Below are positions 54,411-63,820 of a stretch of 64,000 bases of DNA, piece by piece (position 1 is the first letter of the stretch; the number at the start of each line of letters is the position of its first letter). Made by a program: the position numbers and the translations under genes. Below the pieces are notes generated by a model. That model made no database searches. It was not told where the DNA came from and saw nothing but the letters and a program-made list of their open reading frames with translations. Origin of the DNA: Gemmatimonadota bacterium (GTDB lineage Bacteria > Gemmatimonadota > Gemmatimonadetes > JACCXV01 > JAHWKZ01); the NCBI GenBank assembly GCA_035708865.1, contig DASTFF010000026.1, positions 46,176-110,175 on the forward strand, given 5' to 3'.

Positions 54411-55811
54411 TCAGTCCGGCGGGCCGGTGAAACGGAAGACGAACAGCCCCCGATTCATGTCGCTGGCGACGATCCGGCCGTCGTCCGTCCAGTGGACCCC
54501 CCATACTCCCTGGAAGGTGTCCTGTCCTGCGTCGTGGGCGGGCCGGAGGGAGGCCGGCTCCACGTCGGGCCCGGCATGGGTGTCATAAAAGCCGATCAGC
54601 CGCGGCCGTTCCGGATCGGAGACATCCACCACCTCGATCCCGTGCTTGTAGTGGGACAGATAGGCGACGGCTCCGTCCCGCACCTGGAAGTTGTGGGGGA
54701 TGGTCCCCAGGCGGGGCTGGTACTGCGACACCAGCCGCGGCAGCGCCGGGTTCGAAACGTCGAAGATCCGGATCGGCGCGTTCACCTCCTCTTCGGCGAC
54801 ATACAGATACCGGCCGTCCTGTGAGAGCCAGGAGGAGTGGGTGAAGGAAAACGGATCGAACTCGACCACGCCTACGATCGCCGGGCTCATCGGATTCAGC
54901 ACCGACGCGACCGTGAGCTGTCCGCGGCTGTTGTTGAACCCCATGCTCGCGCCGAAGAGGACCCCATCCCGGACGTGGATGTCGTGGGCCGTCGACGGGC
55001 CGGGATCGAGCCGGCTCAGGAAGCGGGGCGCGGCCGGCTCCGAGACGTCGAAAAGAGAGAAGTCGGTTCCGACCGCGGCCACCGCAAGGAGATCCCCGTC
55101 GAGCCACATGTTGTGCACGCTCGGCGCGATGGCGGTCGGAACGCCGCCGATCGCGACCGGACTCGCGGGATCGGAGACGTCGACGATCCGGACGCTGTAC
55201 GGATAGTTGTCGAACCCGAGGACGGGCTCGTGGGAGACGTAGGCGATGCCGCCGGCGATCTTCACGTCCTGGGTGAACTGTCCGACCTCGGTGAAGCGAC
55301 CGACCTCGACCATACCCCCCTCCAGGGAGACGATCGAGATTCCGCCCGCGCGCCGCCGCGCCACGTAAGCACGGTCCGCGGCGACCCACACGTCCCCCAC
55401 CGTGCCGTCGGGATACGGCACCTGCGCGAGCAGCTCGAGGTTCCAGCTCTCCCGGTAGCGGACGGCGACCTGAACGGTGTCGCGGGCGACCGGGACCCCC
55501 TCCACCCTCAGCACCGCCTCGACACGGGTCGACCCCGGCCGGAGGGCGGCGCTGGTGATCGACGGCCCGGTTCCCAGGACGACCGGCTCTCCCCGATAGC
55601 GGTCGTCGAGCGAACGCCAGACGACGTCCTCGGCTGATCCTTCCTCCAGAACGGCGGCGAGCGGCTCCGGGGCTCCCCAGTCGACCGTGCCCCCCTGCCA
55701 GGCGATCGCGATCGCCCCCGGGCCGGGATCGGGTTCGGCGGGGGCGGACGGGCCGCTGTCGCAGGCCGCCAGCGCCAGCGCCGGGAGGAACCGGGAGAGG
55801 ACCCTTCGCAT
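54411..55811 (-). CDS. LVIVD-repeat beta-propeller lipoprotein
   Basis: From ATG 55811. Lipobox MRRVLSRFLPALALAAC|DSG. Repeats VRIVDVSDPASPV, FSLFDVSEPAAPRF, IRIFDVSNPALPRL, IEVVDVSDPERPRL. Confidence 0.7.
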   Translation of the reverse strand: MRRVLSRFLPALALAACDSGPSAPAEPDPGPGAIAIAWQGGTVDWGAPEPLAAVLEEGSAEDVVWRSLDDRYRGEPVVLGTGPSITSAALRPGSTRVEAVLRVEGVPVARDTVQVAVRYRESWNLELLAQVPYPDGTVGDVWVAADRAYVARRRAGGISIVSLEGGMVEVGRFTEVGQFTQDVKIAGGIAYVSHEPVLGFDNYPYSVRIVDVSDPASPVAIGGVPTAIAPSVHNMWLDGDLLAVAAVGTDFSLFDVSEPAAPRFLSRLDPGPSTAHDIHVRDGVLFGASMGFNNSRGQLTVASVLNPMSPAIVGVVEFDPFSFTHSSWLSQDGRYLYVAEEEVNAPIRIFDVSNPALPRLVSQYQPRLGTIPHNFQVRDGAVAYLSHYKHGIEVVDVSDPERPRLIGFYDTHAGPDVEPASLRPAHDAGQDTFQGVWGVHWTDDGRIVASDMNRGLFVFRFTGPPD

Positions 55812-55906
55812 CGCCGCCCAAACTCCCGCCGTGGGCTCCTGGTTCACCTTCGGCGAACCGGCGCGGCCCCCGAGGTACCACCCGGCGGTGGCGAGGACCC
55901 GTCTCT

Positions 55907-57322
55907 TCACTCGGACAAGGTCGCGTCCAGCGCCTCGAGAAACCCGTCCAGCTGTCGATCGGTGATGACCGCCGGAGGGGTGAGGACGATGACGTTGCCG
56001 TGCCGGCCGCCGGCCAGCGCGAGATATCCGCGGCGGGCCAGCCCGGCGGACACTGCCGCCGCGATCACGGCGTCCGGTTCACGGGTCGCGGGATCGGTGA
56101 CCAAGTCGATTCCCCACATCGCCCCCGTGCCGCGGACGTCGCCGATCACGGGGTGGCGGCGCCGGATCCTGGCCAGCCCGGCCTTCAAGCGGCGGCCGAT
56201 CGCACGCGCGCGGGTGGGAAGCTCCAGCCGCCGGATCTCGGCCAGCGCCGCCCATGAAGCCGCGACCGCCACCGGGTTCCCCATGTACGTCGCCGCGTGT
56301 CGGGCTTCGCCCGCGCCCTCCCAGACCTGCATGAGGGCCGGCCGCCCGATGAGGGCCGCGAGGGGCATCCCGCCGGTGATCCCCTTCCCCACGGTGGCCA
56401 GGTCCGGCTTCAGCGGGCCGCTCGCCCATTCGCGCCCCGTGCGACCCCCGCCGGTCAGGATCTCGTCGGCGACGATCAGGATCCGGCGCTCCCGCGCGGC
56501 CCTTCCGAGCGCGGCCAGCCACCCGGGCGGCGGGACGACGACGCCCTCGCGCCCCAGGACCGGCTCGACGACCCAGGCCCCGATCCGCGGCTTCTGGAGA
56601 TCGGCGTTCCACGCGTCTACCTCGGCCAGGGCCGCGTCCAGACAGGCGAAGCCGCACGCGGGGCGGTGCAGGCCGTAGGGGCAGCGGTAGCAATCGGGGT
56701 AGGGCACGCGCAGGGTGGCCGGCGCGAGGGCATCCTCGAACGGCTCGCGGAAGGCCGGCCGGCCGGTCGCCCGGAGGGCGCCCAGCGACGTCCCGTGGTA
56801 GCCGCTCTCGAACGCCACGACCCCGGTCCGGCCGGTCGCGAGGTGGACCGTCTTCAGCGCGAGGTCGATCGCCTCGGCCCCCGAGGTCGCGAAGAGGACG
56901 CGTCCGTTCCCGATCGGACCCTGTGTGGAGAGCGCGCCGGCGAGGGCCATCCGGAGCGGGTGAGGCGCGGCGTCGGCGAGCCCGTGAAGAAGGCGGCGGG
57001 TCGCGTCCCGGATCGCGCTCACGACGTTCGGATTCCGGTGCCCGACCATGGCCGCGCCGAAGCCGCCCGTCAGGTCGACGAAGCGATTCCCGTCCACGTC
57101 CACGACGTTGGCTCCGCGAGCGCCCAGCCACCCGATCGGGATCCTGCCGTCGACGACCCCGAGCGAGGGGCGGGGCTCGAACCGCGCGCCGGACCCGGCC
57201 AGCCGCCGGCTCTTGCGGGCGGGCGGCGGGGCGACGATCCGGGGAAGCGCGGTCCCCGACGGATCGCGGAACGGGACCACCCCCGGTGCGCTCGCGCCGG
57301 CTCTCGAACGGCGGACCGTCAC
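55907..57322 (-). CDS. class III (PLP) aminotransferase
   Basis: 471 aa from GTG 57322, a GTGA overlap with the aroQ stop: SGAEAIDLALK, ESGYHGTS, VVEPVLGREG, IVADEILTGGGRTG, DLATVGKGITGG (PLP Lys). Confidence 0.8.
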   Translation of the reverse strand: MTVRRSRAGASAPGVVPFRDPSGTALPRIVAPPPARKSRRLAGSGARFEPRPSLGVVDGRIPIGWLGARGANVVDVDGNRFVDLTGGFGAAMVGHRNPNVVSAIRDATRRLLHGLADAAPHPLRMALAGALSTQGPIGNGRVLFATSGAEAIDLALKTVHLATGRTGVVAFESGYHGTSLGALRATGRPAFREPFEDALAPATLRVPYPDCYRCPYGLHRPACGFACLDAALAEVDAWNADLQKPRIGAWVVEPVLGREGVVVPPPGWLAALGRAARERRILIVADEILTGGGRTGREWASGPLKPDLATVGKGITGGMPLAALIGRPALMQVWEGAGEARHAATYMGNPVAVAASWAALAEIRRLELPTRARAIGRRLKAGLARIRRRHPVIGDVRGTGAMWGIDLVTDPATREPDAVIAAAVSAGLARRGYLALAGGRHGNVIVLTPPAVITDRQLDGFLEALDATLSE

Positions 57323-57756
57323 GGGCCGCTCACGTTGCGGACGAGCGCCTCCAGCCCGATCCGGTACGAGTCGGGCCCGTGCCCCTGGACCCGGCCGACG
57401 CAGGCATCGGCCAGGACCGAGGTCCGGCGCCACTTCTCGCGCTTGCTCAAGTCGGACAGATGAACCTCGATAACCGGTTTCGCGAAGTCACGGAGCGCGT
57501 CGGCCAGCGCGTAGGACGTGTGGGTGAGGGCGCCGGCGTTCACGAGCCCCCCGTCCGCCCAGTCGGCGCGCTCCTGGATGCGGTCGATCAGCGCGCCCTC
57601 GTGGTTGGACTGGAACCACTCGAGCACGACGCCAAGCTCCTTCGCGACGGGCTCGAGGTCGCGCTCGATCTCGGCCAGCGTCTTCGTTCCGTACAGCGCC
57701 GGGTCGCGGCGGCCGAGCCAGTTCAGGTTGGGGCCGTTGAGAACGAGGACGTTCAC
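57319..57756 (-). CDS. aroQ: type II 3-dehydroquinate dehydratase
   Basis: 145 aa from GTG 57756, a GTGA overlap: VLVLNGPNLNWLGRRDP, FQSNHEGALID, NAGALTHTSYAL, EVHLSD. Confidence 0.9.
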   Translation of the reverse strand: MNVLVLNGPNLNWLGRRDPALYGTKTLAEIERDLEPVAKELGVVLEWFQSNHEGALIDRIQERADWADGGLVNAGALTHTSYALADALRDFAKPVIEVHLSDLSKREKWRRTSVLADACVGRVQGHGPDSYRIGLEALVRNVSGP

Positions 57757-59330
57757 GGCAGCGCGGCCCCGAGCTCCGCCTCGTCGAGCTCCGCGATCCT
57801 GACCTCGCCGGCGCGGACCAGGAGCGGCACGTGCAGCTTTCCACCGGCGCGCTTCTTGTCGTGGCGCAGCGCGTCGAGCAGGCCGGCCTGGTCCAGGTCG
57901 GCGTCGGGACCGGCCGGAAGGCCGAGCCCCGCGAGCACCCGCTCGATCCGGCCCGCGAGACCGGCGTCGGTGATCCCCATTCGCTCTCCCATCCGGGCCT
58001 CGGCCACGAGCCCCATCGCGATCGCTTCGCCGTGGGTCCAGCGTCCCCGCCCGGCGGCCTCGATCGCGTGCCCCAGCGTATGTCCAAGGTTGAGGACGCG
58101 GCGGCGGCCGGCCTCGAGCGGATCCTCCTCGACGATCCGGACCTTGACCCGGACCGCCCGCTCCACCGCCCCTTCGACGGCGTCCAGCCGCCGGTCGAGG
58201 AGGGCCGCCGCCTCGCGCTCGCAGAGCTCGAAGAGGTCGGGATCGCCGATCAGCCCCGCCTTGACGATCTCGGCCCACCCCGAGCGCCACTCGCGCTCCG
58301 GCAGCGTCAGCAGGCAGAGGAGATCGGCGCCCACCAGGAGCGGCGGGTGGAAGCTCCCGACCACGTTCTTGAGCCCGTCCAGATCGATCGCGTTCTTGCC
58401 GCCGATCGCGGCGTCCACCTGGGCGAGGAGCGTGGTCGGAAAGAGGGCCAGCGGAAGGCCGCGCTTGAACGTGGCCGCCGCCATCCCGCCGACGTCCCCC
58501 GCCGCGCCGCCGCCCAGGACCAGGGCCGGCGTGTCGCGGTCGGCGTCTCGGTCGCGGAAGGCCCGCCAGATCCGTTCGAGCCCGGCCGTCGACTTGGCGG
58601 CCTCGCCGGCCGCGAGCGGACACGGCTCGGCGGTCCAGCCGGCGGCCTCCAGGCCGGCCGCGAGCGCGTCGCCATGGAGGTCCCACACCCTCCGGTCGGT
58701 GGCCACGACGACGGTCCCGCGCGGCGCGGCGGGAAGGAGATCGCCGAGGAGCCGTCCGGCGTGGGCGAGGAGCCCGCGGCCCACCCAGACCCGCGGCGCG
58801 ACCTCCCGAGGCTCATTGCCGCCGATACGGCGCAACACTTCCACCGCCACCGCCTCGACCCGACGGCCCTCGATCTCGATCCGGTGGGGCAGGCCCGCGA
58901 ACGTGGCCGCGCGACGAACCGCCAGCGCGCCCAGCACCGCGACGGGCTCGCCACCCGCCAGGATCGGGCGAATCCCAGGCTGGTCCGCGATCCGCTCGGC
59001 GAGCGTCTCCACCCGGCCGTCGAGGTGAACGCCCGTCCCCCAGCCGGCGAGCCGCTCGCGGCTGACCGGGTCCTCGAGCGTTCCGCCCCCGAGCGCGAGG
59101 ATCCGCGGGCCGTCCCTCCCCGTCAGCCGCTCGACCGCAGCCCGCTCGCGCTCCCGGAACGCCGCCTCTCCTTCCGCCGCCCAGATCTCGGCCACCGAGC
59201 GGCCCGTCGCGCGCTCGACCTCGCGGTCGACGTCCGCCCACGGGCATCCGAGCCAGCGCGCGACGAGCTCGGCGGCGGTGGTCTTCCCGGTGCCCGAAAG
59301 GCCCGCCAGATAGAGCCGGGCCTGACCCAT
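57753..59330 (-). CDS. aroKB: bifunctional shikimate kinase / 3-dehydroquinate synthase
   Basis: N-terminal P-loop kinase (LAGLSGTGKTT) fused to AroB (GGGAAGDVGGMAAATF, VDAAIGGKNAIDL, WAEIVKAG, LNLGHTLGHAIE). ATG at 59330; the track start at 59375 adds 15 aa. Confidence 0.85.
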   Translation of the reverse strand: MGQARLYLAGLSGTGKTTAAELVARWLGCPWADVDREVERATGRSVAEIWAAEGEAAFRERERAAVERLTGRDGPRILALGGGTLEDPVSRERLAGWGTGVHLDGRVETLAERIADQPGIRPILAGGEPVAVLGALAVRRAATFAGLPHRIEIEGRRVEAVAVEVLRRIGGNEPREVAPRVWVGRGLLAHAGRLLGDLLPAAPRGTVVVATDRRVWDLHGDALAAGLEAAGWTAEPCPLAAGEAAKSTAGLERIWRAFRDRDADRDTPALVLGGGAAGDVGGMAAATFKRGLPLALFPTTLLAQVDAAIGGKNAIDLDGLKNVVGSFHPPLLVGADLLCLLTLPEREWRSGWAEIVKAGLIGDPDLFELCEREAAALLDRRLDAVEGAVERAVRVKVRIVEEDPLEAGRRRVLNLGHTLGHAIEAAGRGRWTHGEAIAMGLVAEARMGERMGITDAGLAGRIERVLAGLGLPAGPDADLDQAGLLDALRHDKKRAGGKLHVPLLVRAGEVRIAELDEAELGAALP

Positions 59331-59455
59331 CACAGGCTTCTTTCCCGCGCGATGTTCAATGGAACCTGAAAGCATCCACCCATGGACTCCAACGGCACTT
59401 CAAATCCATTTGCACAAGAGTTCACGATCCCCCCCCGAGACCCTGGCCCCGTCCC

Positions 59456-60652
59456 TCATGTCTCCTCGGCCGGCTCGATCGCCGCGGCCGGCTCTGCCGG
59501 CGGCCGCAGCAGCGACGCCGGCAGAGGCGGAGGTCGCCACGGGATCCGCTCCAGATACCGCTCGAGCGCCGCCCGTGTGTCGTCCACGTGGTCGCCGCCG
59601 AACTTCTCGAGACACCCCTCGGCGATCACCAGCGCCACCATCGCCTCGGCGACCACGCTGCCGGCCGGGACGACGAGCGTGTCGGAGCGGATGTATCGGC
59701 ACTCCAGCTCCTCGCCCGTCTCCAGGTCGACCGAGCGGAGCGGTCGCCGCTGGGTCGAGATCGGCTTGAAGAAGGCGCGCGCGACCACCGGCTCTCCGTT
59801 CGAGATCCCGCCCTCGATCCCGCCCGCCCGGTTGGTCCGCCGCACGACCCCCTCCTCCCAGAAGATCTCGTCCTGCGCGGCGCGCCCGAACTCGAACGGC
59901 GTCTCGATCCCATCGCCGATCGCGACCCCCTTGACCGACTGGATCGAGAGGAGGGCCCGGCCGAGCGCCGCCTCCAGCCGGCGGTCCCACTGGGCGTAGG
60001 ACCCCAGCCCGGGGGGCACGCCGAGGGCCACCACCTCGGCCACGCCGCCGAGCGTCTCCTGGCGCTCGCGGGCCTCCTCGATCCGGGCCAGCATCGCCGG
60101 CTCGACGGAGCGGTCGCCGCAGTAGAGGGGCGAGCGGTCCCGCTCCTCGACCAGCCCGCCCCAGTCCGAGCGGTCGGGACGCGCCTCGATCCCGCCGATC
60201 GCGACGACGTGCCCCACGACCGCCATCCCGAGCCGCCGCAGGAGGCCGTGCGCGACCGCGCCGAGCGCGACCCGCATCGCGGTCTCGCGGGCGCTCGACC
60301 GCTCGATCGCCGGATTGGCGTCATCGAACCCGTGCTTGAGCATGCCGGTCAGGTCGGCGTGACCGGGCCTGGGGACCGTGCGTCGCGGGTGGCTGGCGTG
60401 CGGGATCTCCCCGCGGTTGGCGATCGCGATCGCGATCGGCGCCCCGGTCGTCGCGCCCTTCCAGACCCCCCCCACGATGCGGGCCCGGTCGCGCTCGATC
60501 TTCATCCGGGCGCCCCGGCCGACACCGCCCTGCCTGCGCAGCAGGTAGCCGTCCACGTCGGCCTCGGAAAGAGGCAGTCCGGCCGGAATCCCCTCCAGGA
60601 TGCCGACCAGCTCGGCGCCGTGGGATTCGCCGGCCGTCAGGAACCGGATCAT
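59456..60652 (-). CDS. aroC: chorismate synthase
   Basis: 398 aa from ATG 60652, an ATGA overlap with the aroE stop: MIRFLTAGESHG, GRSSARETA-like (ERSSARETAMRV), RSDTLVVPAG. Confidence 0.9.
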   Translation of the reverse strand: MIRFLTAGESHGAELVGILEGIPAGLPLSEADVDGYLLRRQGGVGRGARMKIERDRARIVGGVWKGATTGAPIAIAIANRGEIPHASHPRRTVPRPGHADLTGMLKHGFDDANPAIERSSARETAMRVALGAVAHGLLRRLGMAVVGHVVAIGGIEARPDRSDWGGLVEERDRSPLYCGDRSVEPAMLARIEEARERQETLGGVAEVVALGVPPGLGSYAQWDRRLEAALGRALLSIQSVKGVAIGDGIETPFEFGRAAQDEIFWEEGVVRRTNRAGGIEGGISNGEPVVARAFFKPISTQRRPLRSVDLETGEELECRYIRSDTLVVPAGSVVAEAMVALVIAEGCLEKFGGDHVDDTRAALERYLERIPWRPPPLPASLLRPPAEPAAAIEPAEET

Positions 60653-61500
60653 TGGAGCTCGATCCACGGGTCGGGGCCGCGCACGACCTCGCGGGCGGCC
60701 GCCCAGAAGTCCTCCTCGTACGACTCGGCGGCCGCCGGGTCCCTTTCCAGGATCATGGCCGCCCCGAGGCACGCCTGGTGGATCAGCATCCCGAGCCCGT
60801 TCAGGGTCCGCGCGCCGGCCGCCCGGGCGGCACGGATGACGCCCGTCGCGAGCGGCGCGTAGTTGAGGTCGACGACCAGCCGGGCCCGCTCCCACAGGCC
60901 CGCCGGGACGGCCGGCAGCGGCGCGCCGGCTTCGCGGCCGAGCGGGGTCGCGTTGACGACCACGTCGAACGGCCCGAGGCCGGCGTCCTGGAGCGCGGCG
61001 TACCCCACGACCGCGCACCGCTCGCACCCCTGCGGCACGCGCACCGGCCGGCGCGACACGAGCGTCACGTGGGCGCCCGCATCGACCGACGCGACCGCGA
61101 CCGCGCGCCCCGCGCCGCCGGTCCCGAGGATCGCGACCGCACGCTCCCGCAGGGGCTCGCCGAGCGCGAGGAGGCTGCGCGTGAACCCGTACCCGTCGGT
61201 CGAGCGCCCCTCCCAGGCGTCCCCGGAGCGGACGACGGTGTTGACCGCGCCGATCGCGCTCGACCGTGGGTCGAGCCGGCAGCGCCGGGTCGCCCGCTCC
61301 TTCCAGGGGGCGGTCACGTTGAAGGCGTCCAGGTCGGACGACCAGAGGGCGGCCCACGCCTGGTCGTCCCCGGGACGGACGGGGACGGTCCCGTACTGGA
61401 CGGCGAGACCCCGCCGCCGGCCCATCGCCTCCCACAGGGGAGGGCTCAGGCTGTGCTGGACCGGCCAGCCGGCGATCGCCAGGCGCAGGCTCTTCTTCAT
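60649..61500 (-). CDS. aroE: shikimate dehydrogenase
   Basis: 283 aa from ATG 61500, an ATGA overlap with the aroA stop: GWPVQHSLSP, FNVTAPWKE, GAVNTV, STDGYG, ILGTGGAGRA. Confidence 0.85.
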   Translation of the reverse strand: MKKSLRLAIAGWPVQHSLSPPLWEAMGRRRGLAVQYGTVPVRPGDDQAWAALWSSDLDAFNVTAPWKERATRRCRLDPRSSAIGAVNTVVRSGDAWEGRSTDGYGFTRSLLALGEPLRERAVAILGTGGAGRAVAVASVDAGAHVTLVSRRPVRVPQGCERCAVVGYAALQDAGLGPFDVVVNATPLGREAGAPLPAVPAGLWERARLVVDLNYAPLATGVIRAARAAGARTLNGLGMLIHQACLGAAMILERDPAAAESYEEDFWAAAREVVRGPDPWIELQ

Positions 61501-62798
61501 GTCGGGACCGGAGCGCCGGCCGCGAGCAGCTCGAAGAACCCGGGGAACGACACGTCCACCCACTCCGCGCCGTCGAGCGCGCTCTCCCCCTCGGCGAGCG
61601 CGGCCGCGACCGCCAGCGCCATCCCGATCCGGTGATCGGACGCCGCGTCGAGCAGGGTTCCCCGGAGCGGCGCCGGACCCCGGACCGCGAACCCGTCAGG
61701 AAGGGCGTCGATCGTCGCGCCGAGCGCCCGCAGGCCGCGCACGACCGCCTCGATCCGGTCGCTCTCCTTCACCCTGAGCTCGGCCGCGCCGGTCACCACT
61801 GTCTCGCCCTCGGCGCGGCTGGCGAGAACCGCCACCAGCGGCAGCTCGTCGATCAGGCGCGGGATGGCCGCCGGCCCCAGGCGGATCCCGCTCAGGCCCC
61901 GGCCCTCGACACGGACCGTCCCCCGCGGCTCGGGATCCTCGGCCTCGACCTCGATCTCGACCCGGGCGCCCATGTCGCCGAGGACCTCCAGAAACCCGGT
62001 CCGGGTCGGGTTGAGTCCGACCCCGCGGACCGTCAGGCGCGACCCCTCACGGGCCGCCGCCAGCGCCAGGAACGGGGCCGCCGACGAGATGTCCCCCGGC
62101 ACCTGGAGGTCGAGCGCCGCCAGCGCACCCGGCTCGATCTCCGTGCGCGTTTCGTCCCGCCGGATCGTGGCGCCCATCCGCTCCAGCATCCGTTCGGTGT
62201 GGTCGCGGCTGGCCTCCGGCTCCTCGACCACGGTCGGGCCGCGGGCCGCCAGACCGGCCAGGAGGAGGGCGGACTTGACCTGCGCGCTGGCAACGGCGAG
62301 CCGGTGGGTCCCGCCGTTCAGCGTGGAGCCGGTCACGACCAGCGGAAGGCGGTCGGGGACGGGACCGGCGGAGCCCGCCCCGGGATCGATCCGGGCCCCC
62401 ATCTTCCTCAGCGGCTCGACCACCCGCGCCATGGGGCGCCGGCTCAGGCTCGCGTCGCCGGCCAGGGTCACCGGCGCCGCCGCCCGCGGCGCCAGGATCC
62501 CCAGCAGGAGCCGCGCCGTGGTGCCCGAGTTGCCGCAGTCGACGGCCGTCTCCGCGCGCCACCGCGCGCCGCCCTCGATCCGGACGCCTCCGCCCGCCAC
62601 CTCAGCGATCGACGCGCCCAGCGACCGCAGCGCGCCGAGGGTCGCGGCCAGGTCCTGTCCCGCAGGCAGCCCGCGGACGACGCTCCGCCCTTCGGCGATC
62701 GCGTTCAGCAAGAGCGCCCGGTGTCCGATCGACTTGTCGCCGGGAACCCGCAGTGTCCCACGCGGCGGGTCGAGCCGCGCCAGCCGGATCCGCGTCAC
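61497..62798 (-). CDS. aroA: 3-phosphoshikimate 1-carboxyvinyltransferase (EPSP synthase)
   Basis: 433 aa from GTG 62798, a GTGA overlap: [44 protein letters not shown]. Confidence 0.9.
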   Translation of the reverse strand: MTRIRLARLDPPRGTLRVPGDKSIGHRALLLNAIAEGRSVVRGLPAGQDLAATLGALRSLGASIAEVAGGGVRIEGGARWRAETAVDCGNSGTTARLLLGILAPRAAAPVTLAGDASLSRRPMARVVEPLRKMGARIDPGAGSAGPVPDRLPLVVTGSTLNGGTHRLAVASAQVKSALLLAGLAARGPTVVEEPEASRDHTERMLERMGATIRRDETRTEIEPGALAALDLQVPGDISSAAPFLALAAAREGSRLTVRGVGLNPTRTGFLEVLGDMGARVEIEVEAEDPEPRGTVRVEGRGLSGIRLGPAAIPRLIDELPLVAVLASRAEGETVVTGAAELRVKESDRIEAVVRGLRALGATIDALPDGFAVRGPAPLRGTLLDAASDHRIGMALAVAAALAEGESALDGAEWVDVSFPGFFELLAAGAPVPT

Positions 62799-63820
62799 AC
62801 GCCGACCGGCTGGCTCCGCAGCGCGGCGCGCAGCCGCTCGAGCTCGCCCATCATCCCGGCGAACTGCGGGAACGTCAGGCTCTGGGGGCCGTCCGAAAGC
62901 GCGTTCTCGGGATCGGGATGGACTTCGACCATGATCCCGTCGGCCCCGGCGGCGAGCGCGGCCAGCGCGAGCGGCGGCACGAGCTCCCGGCGCCCGGTGG
63001 CGTGGCTCGGGTCGACCACCACCGGCAGGTGGGAGAGGCCCTTCAGGACCGGCACCGCCGCGATGTCGAGGGTGTTCCTGGTGTAGCGCTCGAAGGTCCG
63101 GATCCCACGCTCGCAGAGAATCACGTTGGGGTTCCCCTCGGCGACGATGTACTCGGCCGCGAGCAGGAACTCCTCGAGCGTCGCGCTCTGCCCGCGCTTG
63201 AGGAAGACCGGCCGGTCGCTCCGCCCGACGCACCGCAGGAGCCGGAAGTTCTGCATGTTGCGGGCGCCGACCTGGAGGATGTCGGCCAGCGACGCCACGT
63301 CGGGGACATCCTCGGCCGAGACGACCTCGGTGATGATCGCCAGCCCCGTCTCCTCCCGGGCACGGGCGAGGAGCTCCAGCCCCGCCACCTCCATCCCCTG
63401 GAACGAGTACGGCGACGTGCGCGGCTTGTAGGCGCCGCCGCGCAGAACTTGGGCGCCGTGCTCCTTGAGGAAATGGGCGGTCTCCAGGATCTGCCCGGCC
63501 GATTCGACCGCGCACGGGCCGGCGATCACCGAGAAGCCGCCGCCGCCGAAGGCGAACCCGTCGCCCCGGACGACCGTGTCGGCGGCCTGGAGCTCGCGGC
63601 TCACGAGCTTGAACGGCTTGAGGACCGGGACCACGTCCTCGACGCCCTCGAAGGCGCGCAGCCGGTCGATCGAGACGTGCCGCTCCTCGCCGATGATCCC
63701 GAGAACCGTCCGCTCCTCCCCGCGCACGATACGGCCGACCCTGAGTCCCTGGCTCTCGATGAAGTGGACGAGCTCGCCCATCGCCTTGAGGGTCACGCCG
63801 GGCTTCAGGATCACGATCAC
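62795..63820 (-). CDS. aroF: 3-deoxy-7-phosphoheptulonate (DAHP) synthase, type I-beta with an N-terminal regulatory domain
   Basis: 341 aa with a GTG start in a GTGA overlap: [45 protein letters not shown] ~70-aa ferredoxin-like N-terminal domain (MIVILKPG...). Confidence 0.9.
   Translation of the reverse strand: MIVILKPGVTLKAMGELVHFIESQGLRVGRIVRGEERTVLGIIGEERHVSIDRLRAFEGVEDVVPVLKPFKLVSRELQAADTVVRGDGFAFGGGGFSVIAGPCAVESAGQILETAHFLKEHGAQVLRGGAYKPRTSPYSFQGMEVAGLELLARAREETGLAIITEVVSAEDVPDVASLADILQVGARNMQNFRLLRCVGRSDRPVFLKRGQSATLEEFLLAAEYIVAEGNPNVILCERGIRTFERYTRNTLDIAAVPVLKGLSHLPVVVDPSHATGRRELVPPLALAALAAGADGIMVEVHPDPENALSDGPQSLTFPQFAGMMGELERLRAALRSQPVGV

Noticed and set aside
54396-54430. 8-bp GC hairpin (CCGGCCCG...CGGGCCGG) between the convergent CorC-like and LVIVD genes as a bidirectional terminator.
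   Set aside because: There is no U tract on either strand, and the 3' arm lies inside the LVIVD coding sequence. Comparable GC palindromes are frequent in this DNA.
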